A stretch of DNA of 62,249 bases, filler included, from Platydemus manokwari (taxonomy: Eukaryota): NCBI GenBank assembly GCA_037951405.1. It is 5 parts of 5 records of this genome, joined end to end, with 100 filler letters (N's around TTAATTAATTAA, not from the genome) between each part and the next. Parts side by side here need not be neighbours in the genome. Positions count along the whole stretch, not along the records: positions 22,077 to 40,286 come from JBBMOY010522219.1; positions 40,387 to 51,822 come from JBBMOY010673319.1; positions 51,923 to 62,249 come from JBBMOY011145105.1; 2 more parts are not named here. One strand, given 5' to 3'. Both the position numbers and the translations under genes were made by a program. The notes beneath the pieces are model-generated. The model worked only from the letters and a program-made list of their open reading frames with translations, was not told the origin of the DNA and made no database searches. Positions 39,701 to 52,632 of the stretch are shown here, piece by piece (position 1 is the stretch's first letter; the number at the start of each line of letters is the position of its first letter).

Positions 39701-39882
39701 TTTAATAATTTTGATAATCTCTTAATTCACAGTCAAAAGCAATTTCCATGCCATTAAATACCGACAGAAATTTTTTACATCGACCAGTATTTTTCATTCA
39801 TACATAATTATCATTCATTTATGCTACATAAGCTATTTTTGTTTGAAAAATTCGGCACGAATATAAGCGAAGGGATACTTTG

Positions 39883-40286
39883 ATCTGATTTTAGTGTGAT
39901 AAATAAAGTTTAAAAAAAGTCCAAAAATAAAATTTTAAATTTGTTGAGTGTATTGCTAAATTCTATATAGTTTATTTAATTATATTCTTTAAAAACATTT
40001 TTGAATTTTTTGTTTAAGTATTAAGAAGAATTTATTTGTTTGAAATCAAATATTAAATACACCAGAGCTTAAAAATCTAATAATATATGAATATTTGAAA
40101 AAATAAAATAAATAGGTCGAATTTTAATTTTTTGAAATTTAGGAAAGACCCCAATCTAACATTAGAAACAAATTGGGAGATATTTTCAATGTTTACAATT
40201 ATTTTATAAAAATAACCAATGATATTATTAAACATGTCTGTAATTAAATAACTCGATTTATAATTATAAAAATTTAAATTTAAAAA
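39883..40286. mobile_element. 5' part of the 20138-20673 TIR element
   Basis: Long colinear match to 20127-20525 (CTATATAGTTTATTTAATTATATTCTTTAAAAACATTTT..AAAATAACCAATGATATTATTAAACAT). Confidence 0.8.
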
Positions 40287-40386
40287 NNNNNNNNNNNNNN
40301 NNNNNNNNNNNNNNNNNNNNNNNNNNNNNNTTAATTAATTAANNNNNNNNNNNNNNNNNNNNNNNNNNNNNNNNNNNNNNNNNNNN
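40287..40386. other. Artificial contig spacer
   Basis: 44N + TTAATTAATTAA + 44N. Confidence 0.97.
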
Positions 40387-42591
40387 AGTAATAAATCCTT
40401 TATAAGTCTTCAGAGAAATAATACATGTCGGTAGAAATAATCTTCATAGAATTCAGTATATCTGTATCTAAAATTAGAGTGTTCTTATCAAGATTTGGAT
40501 CATATCTAAGTATATCTCAAGAGGATGCAAGACTTATGTCTAATATGATAAATATGATTAGAAAATATATAATGCGTTAGTGGACGCTCATTGCTGAATT
40601 TAAGTTGTTAATATAAGAAGGTTATAATGTTGATTTCCAAAAGGCAACAGCTAGATGAAAACAAATAACTGATTGATATAGAATCGAGCCAACTTGAAGT
40701 AAGTATAATTACAGCAATTTAATTCGATAAGAGATGACAAATGGTGTCGAGGTTCACCTCGATATACCGACAAAATAATTTAACAGCAGCACATAAATGT
40801 TCAATTTAACCTATTGATTAGCCGGACATGTCTTTCTACAAAAGTACTAGAAAAGAGTTTGTCCAATATTACGTTACATTAGAAAATATTCCGTAGGAAA
40901 CAAAATGAGAAGTGTTCTTTGAGTCACAAGAATATAAAAATATGAACCATTATTTCAAACAGATAATAGAAGCTTAAAATTTTACCAAGCCAGAGCAAAA
41001 AACAACCAAGTAACAATGTAAACGAGGAAGAATCCAAAGTTAGACAATCTGATAGATTAAATGTTTATGAATGAGTTAGGTGCTAAAACAAATGCAAAAA
41101 TCAAAGGAAGATCTTAAGAAAAAGTTGTTGAGTGAGATAAAATCCTTCAAAAAGAAAAACGAAATTACACCTTGGAATCCTTGTTTTGGCACTTTAAACA
41201 TTTGCATGCCTACACGGCCACACAGGCATAGCAATCAGTCAATCACAGCGACGTCAGATGGTGAATTACAATCGGAAAAAAGGGATAATTACTCAAAACA
41301 CACATATAGGGATTGACCAATCCTACTAAAACTTAGAAACCCAATAAGAACGCAGAATAACAAGCATCAAATCAAAATATATTACAGCATGACACAAAAA
41401 ATACACTCAGATCGCGAGTATATTATTATTATCAGCATATTATTAAAAGTTAATAATTGTATTGAGATTATATTAATGTCAAGCCAATATATGTAAAATT
41501 CATGCAAGGTGTTGATTGTAAAATTATATAAATGTAATAACATTTAGTGCTCACTGGGACAGTAGTTATACCAGATGTAGTTTCTGTGCGGGGATCTCAT
41601 ATGTGTACAGATTTCTTATGGTGTTAATCCACAGCCGACTCAGACTAAAATATTATATAAAGTAATTATAAAGAATGGAAATATTTTATATTCATATTTT
41701 AACAAATTTTCTTCATTAAATTTATTTAAATTTTTCTATAGACTGTGAGTCAATCATTCTACATTTTATTTACAAAAGTATCACAACATTAAACGTTCGT
41801 TATTTCACACTTACCCTCTCAATCGTTATTCCAATATTAGAACGGGTTTCTACTTGATGCTTTTATCAACTTAATTAACTAATTTCTAAAAAGTCGCGTT
41901 ACTGCCATACAACTGTCGAATATGTGAAAAATAAACTTTTTAAAAATAAGTTAAAAATTATAAATAAATATTCTTAGAAAAATTCAAAAAAAGAATCATC
42001 AATAATTTACTTAAATCAAAGATAAAAATTTTTAGAACATTCTAGAACGATTTGTTTAAATGAATCAATAAAACATTTATGCGAAAGAACATTGATAACA
42101 AATCATTGTAATTTCGTGTTGATAATATAACATTGCAGCCCTCATTATTTGGAGAAACCCAATATAAGATTAGCTTCTTAATGTATAGTTGTAGGACTGA
42201 TATCATATAAACTGATGTAAAAATGATTTTATTGATCACGTGTGGCTTTAGAATATTTCTAAATTTAAAAAAACTGTATGAAATATGAATAACGGTTTCG
42301 CTTTCATCAAATGCGTTTTGTATTTATCAATTATTTTTGTAAATTTTAATTCTGTTTCAAATCATAGAATTGATAACTTAATCATATTTATTGATATGCG
42401 AAAAATTATCAAAATGAAAACAAAATAAATTAATTTATAAATAAATAATTCTAGAAATGTAATTTCTGTACTAAATAAAATAATTTCTGACAACATTGAT
42501 AACAGATAATGGTTTTGTCATTGACTTTAACAAGAAGATGAAATTAGTAACTATCGATCTCGATTCAACATTAAAATGACATCATCCTGAT

Positions 42592-43572
42592 TCAGAAGTT
42601 AAGATAAAACCCTGCTGCATTGTTATAGAGAATGCATTGAAAATCTTCTACAGAAGTAAACGAAACGCAGTTCCATGTTTCAATGCAAACTATAGCACAA
42701 TCCATTTTCGATATTGCAACAATATTATCGATACATTTCGCATTTTCATATATAGCGCTTGGTCCAGGGAATTGATCTACAAACAATTCCACTCGATAAT
42801 ATTTTACATGTATAAATGATCCCACATATTATTGGATTCGTTTTCACAAATTCGTGACCGTAAATTTCCAATTCACAGAGATTTATTGCATCTTCTGCTT
42901 TTGGTTTCGTGAGGACAATCGTTCTTGATACCTAAATGAATTATCAATTTATGAGAAAAATAGTTCAATTAATACAAGTCTCGTTGTGGTGATATTGAAA
43001 ACAGTTACACCTCGTGGTGGAGGACCTCGATAATATGTCGAATTGTAGAATTTAGATGAAAACTTGTCGAATCGTTTTAGTTTATCAAAGCTTCCATAAT
43101 ATGTTAAAAACATAGTTCGATGATCTTAAAGAAAATATGTTTGATAAGTGGTCAAGTACTACCATCCACCATTTATTCTCTTTTTTCATTTCACTATGGT
43201 AACAACAGCCTACAAAACAATATTGGGTATTCTTTAATAAATTATAACATGTATGTATACCGTTTTCCATTATTGGATCGTATTCCCCGTCCACAGCTCT
43301 GTCTGATGTCCAACGGGGATGAATAAATCGACGATATGCATTTGCAGCAAATCTGGGTCGGTGTCGCGAAAGTAGATCTGAATAATATGATTAATAAATT
43401 TAAAAAAAATTAAAATCCGGAAATTCAGATGATTCTTACTAAATTGACCCACAACACTCGATATGAAATAGCATAAATTAGTGATGTACATCGATAAATG
43501 AGAATTCTCAACTGTGTCTTCAGTAATATAGTATACGATTTTAATAAAAACCATCACAACCAATAATACCAT
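42592..43572 (-). pseudogene. Secreted F-type lectin (FTP/fucolectin-like) + PAN/Apple domain gene with an apparent frameshift
   Basis: Introns 43439-43378, 43260-43210, 42975-42932, and a last acceptor at 42777. Peptides RAVDGEYD..GCCYHSE..KWWMVVL and AINLCELEIYG (FTP); SKMDCAIVCIETWNCVSF..QCILY (PAN). The frame breaks near 43090-43130 (TGA at 43087-43085). Confidence 0.7.
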
Positions 43573-45658
43573 CAGTGATGTTTACAAACATCGATTCAGC
43601 TGTATAATAAAACACCCACACACTGATATTTTTCATTGTATGGGTTTTCCTTCTCAATTACTGTCTTAACACCTTATGTGATATGAAGATATGAAAAACC
43701 ATGACAACATGTAATATAACCAATGATGTGTTCAAATATAATTTCAGTTGTACAATACAAAACAAACCTTCTGTTATTTGAAAAAATCAAAATGCATAGT
43801 CATATCAACAGCTTTTTCAATTTAAGCTGTAGCTGTGTCTTGTCTAATACAATACATGAATATTTGCAAAACCATGACAACAATTAATATAACCACCAAT
43901 GATGAATTGAAGTATCATTTCAGTTTTATAAAAAAAATTTTTTGAATTTCATTTTTTTCAATTTAAAGCTGTAAAAAAAATAAGTAGTCATACCAACAGT
44001 CTTTTCAATTCAGATAACACTCACAACATGTTAGCCATTGAAATAATTCAAAGCTCGAACAATAGTATATTTTTAGTGGTCATGGTTTCGATGAAATTAA
44101 ATGATATTTTTGGTTTATTTCTCTCAATTTGTACACGTTTTGCAACAGCGTAAACTATTTTTCACTCTTTTGTTTCAGAAATATGTTTTTGAAACAATGC
44201 AATGTGATTTCAGCTTAATATTTTTTCGATGTATATCGGATTATATTTTTATTTATTTATTTCATTTGTTTACTTGATCAGCATATTAACGAGGTACACC
44301 AGAGCTATCATACCAGACCCATTATATATAATTATTTGTATGATATAATTATAATAAAGGACAACAACTATCAGCTTTTTCGATATCTTACAAATCTCTT
44401 CCATCTTCATTATCATGAACCGATTTTTCATTTAAATTCTTTCAAATTCGAATATTTATTTCCTATTCCAATTTATCTTTACGATCAATTTTGACAGTTT
44501 GACTGGTATATTCTTAGAGTTTTAGTTCTGACCCATTCCTTCTTGCAATTTGTTTTTAGTGTGGATTTTGTGATTGATATTTTTAGTATTTTTAGGTTAA
44601 CAAGAATATTTTTTCTTTATCGGAATGGATAACGATGGTTCTCCAAATTGCTACGACATCTTCTTACGTTAAATGGAGTCTTTATGAATATCTTTTTCGC
44701 AGATTTGTTGCGAACACAGCCAAAATACTCGCGGAAACCATGGAAATAACCCTTAAAGGGTTGACATACTCCCATTCAATAAACGCACGGGCCAACAGCC
44801 AAACGAATTCCCATCAATATCAATCCATGTTAATAATCGACTTACCAACAAATGGTAACAAACACCGATATCCATCAATTGAATAAGAGGTGTAGGAAAA
44901 ATTACCAACATACCTATGTACGAACAAATTCGGCAAAAGTAAAACTGATTTCCGGAAAATCAAACGAACACACATTTAACATCTGCCAGTCTTGTTTGGT
45001 CGATAATTGGCATTCTGCTCTTTGACTTTTGTGTGATTTTTCCGACAGCCAGTCTTTTTAGTTGTCTTCTATTATGTGCCTGACTTTCGAGTACTGATCC
45101 CGTCTTGCGTGATAATTTATTATCGTATTGTAATACGATTTTATTTGTATATATTGACAAGTCGAACTTGAGATTCTGTAATTATAAATATAATTTTCAG
45201 GTTTCATTGTTAGTTAATACTCAACATTTAATTTTTAGGGTCTATTGCAAAGGACGCATTATCCACACTATTATAACCTTATTTGAAACCGAAAATTATC
45301 AAAAATATCAAGGTATCGCATGTCATATCCGGGGAAATGCGAAAGAAATTTTCGAGCTTCACAAATCGCACCAGATGAGTATTTATATGCTTCAATCAAA
45401 AGTGATGGGCGTGGACTGATATCCATTAGTTTGTTTAATATAAAGATTATAATATATTCATCTCAAAACTGAGATGAAGTTCATTAAATATTTTAATTTT
45501 GTTATTAGAAATCTTTTAAAAATGATACATTAAAACAACATAAGACGGCCGATTATTTTTCTTTTCATTGATATCAATTCTAAGACAAGAGGTGTGGTTT
45601 TAAATTTTCAATTTTAAACTAATAAATATTTTTTATTACGATATAATATTTCGTTGTT

Positions 45659-48055
45659 TTACAGTCTACTGAAATTGTCTTCTGTTGACAAATTGTATAA
45701 AGAAGTATTTACATATTGGCTATTGTTTCTTTTACTAATAAAAGGTATATCGCCTATTGTTTTAAATTTATTTCTAGGATAAAGTACCGAATCATTTATA
45801 CACTGACCAGATATTTGATTGTATTCAATAAACAATTCATCCAATAAATCGTCTTCGTATTCGATCAGTCTTTCATTATCAGTTATCTCACCAGACAAAT
45901 CTGACTCTTCGGCATTGCTCAACATAACTAAATCATCCATCAAATCCAATTCATCAAACCAATTCATTCTCCGATTGGATTGGATTTTCACATTTCTGTG
46001 ATTCAATAAATTTTCATTGAAATTCATAAAATTATTAGAATTATTAGAACTATTGAATGGGATCTGTTTTGCATGGATATCACCACTGGAATGTACTCGA
46101 TGATTATTTGTAAAATAAGGAACATCATTCATAATTTGGTGACATGATTTGATCGGTGTCATTTCTAAGCAATTAATCACACTATCAGTCTCGGAAGTGT
46201 TTCCACAATTCTTTGGAAGATTTTCATAATAATTTTCATTAATTTCACAACGATTTATTTGATTTCGCTTATTTATTGCCGGAATAAATTGATGTTTGAG
46301 AATTTGCATTTTATCACTTTGTTCTGAATATATTGGATATCGACAGGATTTAATCGAGCAGATTTCCAAACAATTTCCACCACTATTGGATTCGGATTTG
46401 TCTGTATTATCTTTAATCGGTGAATTCTCATATTTCTGCTGACATCTCTCATTTGGTTTCAAGCTATTCTTTTTATGTAATTCTGGCATGATATTGTGTT
46501 TGGTGATTTCTAATCTTTCACACATCTCTGACCGGATTGGTGATTGAAAGAGTTCCTCATTTGCTATTAGAAGGCTTTTTATTTGTTGTGGAGATTCTAA
46601 AGATGTTTGAGTTTCACAAGTATTGACACCAGTTTGATAAACATAAAGCGGAACTAGTTCTTCAGATTTCATCGGTTCATGGTGGGTTTTTAATGGTTTC
46701 GGAAATGATTGAGAATTGGTAAATTCTGGTGCTACATTACTACTATTATTGATGCGTGATTGCAACAGCATTTGGTTGGTAGAATGCTCTGATTGTTCAA
46801 CGAGACTGCAAGACCGGCGATGATATCTTTTCATAAAGCCGGTACTTTTTGTTCTGGAAAATAAGTTACTTTTAAATTCTCTTTCTTTTTCCAATTCCAT
46901 AATAGCTTGAACATGTCTCTTAACGAAACCAGTCGTTTCTATGGGAACAACAATATCCGGACTGACCTTACCGAATTTCATTTGAATTTGTTCTGGAGTC
47001 ATTTTGATGAATTCATCAACAAGATGCGTCTGTTGAAGAGCTTTGATTATCAAATAACCAAGATTATCGAGAGGACCATTTTTTACGCGCTTTTGAATCT
47101 GATTGTAAAGAGCCAATAAATATCCAATACATGTGCGGTGATCTTTTAACAGAATATTTTCCTCCTTGTTGTTTGAATATTCCGGGGTGTTCAAATCAGC
47201 CATGAAACTATTCCATGGCACACAACGATGTTTAAGAAGAATTTCTAAGCACTGCAACAATTGCATACATATTCTACAATCTGGATCATCGTAAAAAGCC
47301 ACTCGAGCTATTCTAAAAAACAGTGAACACAAATTTCCGTTTTTATCCTCATCCAATTTGTAAGGACTAAATATATGGGGACAATCAAGAATAAATAATT
47401 CCAACAATCGAGATAATGGTAGATTGCCTCGTCTTTTCAGGGTATCTATAGCATATTGTAAAGCATCTTTATATCGGAAAATCTTTTTCCCTTCACTATT
47501 TTCATAGCGAGTTTCAATTCGTTCAGTGACGTCCAATTTCTTAAAATGTGAAAGAAATCTTCCATTTTTTGGTTCACAATGAACGAGAATGGGAATTACT
47601 TCAAAATATTCTCTTCTAATAGCTATGCAAATGGGATAAATTTCCAGCAGGTCACCTCGACCACTCTGAGAACGTGAAAACACTTCGCTAGCCCAACAAT
47701 TTTGATTCGAATTATTCAAACCGGACTTCAATATCAATTCAGCTGATTTTTCTTTTTTCATATATATTGCTAAACAGAGTGGGTTGAGAAATAATATCGT
47801 ATGTCTGTTAAACATTGAAATCGTATCATGGCTTTCATTTCTCACCAGATCCGGACAGTCGGGAATTTGATAAATTTGTTGGAATAGCTCGGGTCTTTCT
47901 TTAATCATTGTACTGATTCTGAAACTAGCCCCTCCTCGCAACATGTTCAGCATCCATTTTGTGTATGGATGATTGCAATGAAAAAACGATGGCACTGCAA
48001 TAAGTGAACCACAAAATTTAGGTGGGGCTGGCAAAAGCAAATTTTCTAAACTCAT
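45659..48055 (-). CDS. Uncharacterised 798-aa protein: ankyrin-like N-terminal half, low-complexity N/S/D/E-rich C-terminal half; single exon
   Basis: A 2.4-kb ATG-to-stop ORF in AT-rich DNA is unlikely by chance; NPLCLAIYMKKEKSAELILKSG and YPICIAIRREYFEVIPILV resemble ankyrin repeats. Confidence 0.85.
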   Translation of the reverse strand: MSLENLLLPAPPKFCGSLIAVPSFFHCNHPYTKWMLNMLRGGASFRISTMIKERPELFQQIYQIPDCPDLVRNESHDTISMFNRHTILFLNPLCLAIYMKKEKSAELILKSGLNNSNQNCWASEVFSRSQSGRGDLLEIYPICIAIRREYFEVIPILVHCEPKNGRFLSHFKKLDVTERIETRYENSEGKKIFRYKDALQYAIDTLKRRGNLPLSRLLELFILDCPHIFSPYKLDEDKNGNLCSLFFRIARVAFYDDPDCRICMQLLQCLEILLKHRCVPWNSFMADLNTPEYSNNKEENILLKDHRTCIGYLLALYNQIQKRVKNGPLDNLGYLIIKALQQTHLVDEFIKMTPEQIQMKFGKVSPDIVVPIETTGFVKRHVQAIMELEKEREFKSNLFSRTKSTGFMKRYHRRSCSLVEQSEHSTNQMLLQSRINNSSNVAPEFTNSQSFPKPLKTHHEPMKSEELVPLYVYQTGVNTCETQTSLESPQQIKSLLIANEELFQSPIRSEMCERLEITKHNIMPELHKKNSLKPNERCQQKYENSPIKDNTDKSESNSGGNCLEICSIKSCRYPIYSEQSDKMQILKHQFIPAINKRNQINRCEINENYYENLPKNCGNTSETDSVINCLEMTPIKSCHQIMNDVPYFTNNHRVHSSGDIHAKQIPFNSSNNSNNFMNFNENLLNHRNVKIQSNRRMNWFDELDLMDDLVMLSNAEESDLSGEITDNERLIEYEDDLLDELFIEYNQISGQCINDSVLYPRNKFKTIGDIPFISKRNNSQYVNTSLYNLSTEDNFSRL

Positions 48056-50622
48056 TTCAATTAATGACAGTTTATGAAGTAATTTATTGAACGTTATAAC
48101 GATTTATTGATGGATTCATTATTAAATTAATATTTATTTCATTACAAATCCATTTATCATAGAAATTAAATTCTTTTAATAATTTCAATCATTAAGACAT
48201 CACTTTTATTTCATAAGTTTTAAATATTCTTTTTTCTAAAAAAACACGGTGAATGTAAGCAAGAACTTATCATATAATTAAATTAAATCAATTTTGTTTA
48301 ATTTACTTAAATTAAATGTATTAAAAAGCAAAATAAATAAATAAGCATTCTGTAATAATAATGGAAGAAATTAAAGTAATAACAAGAAAAATACCTTAAT
48401 TTCTAAACTAGTATTTATAATATAATTAAATAAAAATAATACACAAAAATAGCGAAAACAGATCAATTGCTCAAACATACTTGACAAACAATAGGGTCAA
48501 TTAACCGACAACTTGCTAAGATAGAAATTAAAGCACTCAGTGTGGTTACGCCAAGCAAGTCGATCAACTAAATCCTGATAATAATTTTTATCCAGCAATT
48601 AACGGAAATAAAGATTAGTAAGCAATCAAAGAATGCAAAATCTGTTCTCAATTTGTTTGTTACTAAAAATAAATAACCAAAATTATATTTGCAAAATAAT
48701 AGTTCATACGTATCCAATAAAATTGTCAACGCACAACGCTCAAAAATCGTAAATCAAATATACATGAAAATTTTAAAACGAAAATATTTAATTTGTGATT
48801 TATAATAATATTAGAAAATTAAGAAAGCACAGATTTATAAATGACGTTTCCACAGTTGATAAACAAAATAAGATGAGGTATAAAACAAAAATAAACAAAG
48901 TAATGATTTGTCAAAGGTTTTCACCGAACGAAACAATATAAGTTTACGCCTAAAAATCAAATAAATATAAATCAGCTAATTTAATAAGAAAAATAAACAC
49001 GAAAGACCATAAATCGGAAAAACAGAAATGACAATTCTGAAACTGCTGTTAGAAACGAGAAGCAGAGTATTATAATGCAATAACTGCAAATGAATGCCCC
49101 AACAGTGCTAAATGTATGATGAAAGTCAAAAGAATAATCAAATAATGGAAAGACTTTTGATATAGATAAAATCTCACTTTATATACTTTTAATAGCTAAA
49201 AAGATGAAGGGCATAAATATCAGTCTTATCGAAATTGATTGGCCCTTTTCTTAATGATGTCTTCAACGCTATAATTTTTATTAATACTATTTGTATTTAA
49301 CAGTTATGTCGCACTCGATGAGGTAATTCAATCCATTGTTTGATAAAAGATTTTTGAATTTTGAATTAAAATGGATGTTTGATTGTAAAATTATTGTGAT
49401 AACCAGCAGTTAATATGAATATTAATTCATCTATTTAATGGAAAAGTAGAACACAATTATCACATTTATAAAAACATGATGAATGGCAAATAAAGTTTAA
49501 GAAAGAAGTACCAAAACAAGAGCAAATCACACAGAATAATTCAGCACCAAAAAGAAGAAAAAATTACACTAAGTTGATAATATAAACATATTCGCGAGCT
49601 TCATTGAGAGTAAGTTTAATCTGTAAGTGCCAATCTTTGTATGAAGTTTATGTGAAGTTTATTTGATTTTCATATCGCCAATGTGATGTATCGTGCTCAG
49701 GGATTTTAATTAGTGACTTCTCTTATCGCTCACTCATTAAGATCTCTGTATCTTTTTTGTTCGTGTTCATTGACAGACAACAAAGATTATTCCTTTCACT
49801 AGGAATATTCCTTTAAAAATTGTAAAAAATCATTACTTCAGGATGCATCTGAATAATCTACTCAAAATGATATTAAAATTAATTTAAAATTCGAACTAAT
49901 TTCCGAATTTTATTACAATTTCAAATACGTTATAAACAAAAATTATAACCATAAATTGAGCCAATAACAATCTAATAAGTTAGACAATTACGAAATCATC
50001 AAAATTGATAAAACTAATATATTACCATGACGATTTGTAATATTATTTTACTTTTGATAATGCATATTGCAAATAACTGCTTTTATAATTAACATAATCT
50101 TGTCTAGTATATCTAATTAGTAAACTAAATCAAATGGAGTTTAAATCAATTATGACTAATGGTAACCTAGTTTATCAACCTGACCTTGATTTATAAAAAA
50201 CCTAGCAACAACGTAGCAACAAAATCCACAACTCCACTATATTTATACAATAAACAATAAGAATCTGTTTCCAATAAGCAAGACATAGGATTGAAATCGA
50301 TTCGAAAATCTCACACCGAAATATTTCATAAGTTTATTATAAATTTCAAATCAGTTTTCAAATAACAACTATTATTGAATAATAGGTTTCCAGAGAAATT
50401 ATTCAGTCGTGTCACTAATTTGTCGACAAGAAAGAATCGATTATATCATCATTGCTCAGTTTCTGGTGACAGTGAGTGAATTATTTGAAAACAAGTACTT
50501 TATTAATATTCATATCTAATAGTCATTATTTACATCTGATAATTCAAACAGTTAAGATAGCAATATCTGATTTTCCTTTGTATAACAGAGACCAAAGTGT
50601 TTTTTTTTCAAAAATAAATCGA

Positions 50623-51204
50623 TTATTTCTTTTTCGACTGTTGACCTTGTATATATTGTTTCGCATTTTCCACTAGCCATTCCATACCCTGTTGAAGACC
50701 TTCTCCCGTCAGTGCATTACTGGATGAAATATTCCATGGATGATCTTGCAATGATTCGAGATTTAACAGTTGAGAACATCTGACACTTGTTACTGAATCT
50801 TTGGCGTCCATTTTGTTTGCAAAAAATAATATAGGCACTTTTTTGTTCATTAAAGATTTGTCAGAAAGTAATAAATCCAATTCATCTTTTGCCACAACCA
50901 TTCGAAGTTGATCTGAACTATCAATGACGAAAATTATTGCATCACAGTCTTTGAGATAATGATTCCATAAATTTCTGTATCGTCCTTGACCACTCATATC
51001 GAAACATGTGAGATTTAATCCTTTTGTACTTATCTTTTCGACATTAAAACCAATCGTAGGTACTATGTCGTGGTGTTGCGATTCTGGAGGTTTAATTTTA
51101 TTGAGAATGGTAGTTTTACCACTGTTATCTAATCCAATTACTAATATTCGAGCTTCTTTTTTCGAAACACCGAAGAGTTTCATTAAAGAATCTAATAAAC
51201 CCAT
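50623..51204 (-). CDS. ARL6: ADP-ribosylation factor-like protein 6 (BBS3), intronless
   Basis: MG myristoylation start, [32 protein letters not shown] (ARL6-type S in DxSGQ), [23 protein letters not shown]. Confidence 0.95.
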   Translation of the reverse strand: MGLLDSLMKLFGVSKKEARILVIGLDNSGKTTILNKIKPPESQHHDIVPTIGFNVEKISTKGLNLTCFDMSGQGRYRNLWNHYLKDCDAIIFVIDSSDQLRMVVAKDELDLLLSDKSLMNKKVPILFFANKMDAKDSVTSVRCSQLLNLESLQDHPWNISSSNALTGEGLQQGMEWLVENAKQYIQGQQSKKK

Positions 51205-51822
51205 TTCGTTGTGACTAAAAGTAAATAATGGCTAAATACGAATAATGACTTAAAAATTTAATATTTTGAAATTAGCTAACGGTTACTAATGCTAATAGTA
51301 AATTACTTGAATTATTTTAAACAAATAATGTTGAGAATTTGCTTCTTATTATAAGAAAACAATCATTACTACGTGAAAAAAAACTTTATTCCATGACTTT
51401 TGTTAGATTAAAATGTCAATTATGATTGATCTAGTGAAAATAAAATTTTAAAGTAATAAAAAAATTATTTTATTGAAAACTTTATAAACTTATTAAAGTA
51501 GTTAAAGAAATATTATTTTAAAAATTTAATTGATTTCATCTCAAACCAAACTATATTTATAATCATGAAAAGTATTAATTATCAGAATATGTTAAAATAT
51601 ATTGTTAGCGTGGTCTTTTAATTGGTTTCTTTTAATTTAGCATTTATTCCATTAAATTAAACATTTACTTTTCTGGAATGGCGTAGGATTTGATTTGTTG
51701 TATTATGATAACTTTGATAAGTTTAATTCAAAAATTGAATTGTACCCATGTGTATTTTTCCTCTATTTGTTGTGTCCTTTTATTTTCCCGTTCTATCATT
51801 TCAGCCATTTTCTGTTCCCATA

Positions 51823-51922
51823 NNNNNNNNNNNNNNNNNNNNNNNNNNNNNNNNNNNNNNNNNNNNTTAATTAATTAANNNNNNNNNNNNNNNNNNNNNN
51901 NNNNNNNNNNNNNNNNNNNNNN
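51823..51922. other. Artificial contig spacer
   Basis: 44N + TTAATTAATTAA + 44N. Confidence 0.97.
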
Positions 51923-52632
51923 TAGGCCTAAGACATCACAATTTCATAATATATAATTCATTATCATTCATCACCTTTTAAAGTTATTCTGGTGCATTAT
52001 TAAGTGAGACTTATTGTAAGAATCAATAACATCAAAAATCAATACCATAAATAGGACAATAGTAGAGGCAATTACTAAAATAAAATCGATTTCTACGCCG
52101 ATCCGCTTATCTCCATATAAGTTGCTATCGTCAAGGTTAATAAACAACAAAACTCATAAGGTCATAATACTACCTCAGGGTCAAGACGGACTCAGAGTAC
52201 TGATAAGACGTAGAATCGATTAATCAAAAGAAAGAATAATAAACCATAATAGCAAGTGACCCCAAAACGTATCATTTATTATACATCCATCATTGTGAAA
52301 CAATCAGAATTATGTTATGAAGAAATTGTTTATAGATAAATGATATCTTTAACCATAATCATTTTTAAATCATTAAACAAAAATCCAATATTTGATTAGG
52401 TCGAATAGAATAAACATAGAAAAGATATTTGATCATTAAATTTAAAAAAATGTAAATTTGTGTTGAGTATCGAAAAACCTTATAAAAATAGCGACTACTT
52501 ATGCAAGAGAAGTACAATTGCACAAGTACGAATACCTACCAATCATAATCGTGTTAAAAGGTGTATTTTAATACATCAAAACACTTGCTCACAGCTACAA
52601 CGATTTTAGATATCCACTAAAACTGTATATTC

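Noticed and set aside
44635-45430. GC-richer coding-like patch with short ORFs on both strands
   Set aside because: No consistent exon chain or recognisable domain could be built.
49223-49235. GTCTTATCGAAAT, resembling part of the planarian spliced leader as recalled
   Set aside because: Only 13 nt; the flanks lack the rest of the leader and the ATG/GT junction, so probably chance.
175-51204. Apparent ciliary gene cluster (DNAH3, EF-hand/WDR-like, ARL6)
   Set aside because: The genes are on three contigs separated by synthetic spacers, so linkage is unsupported.
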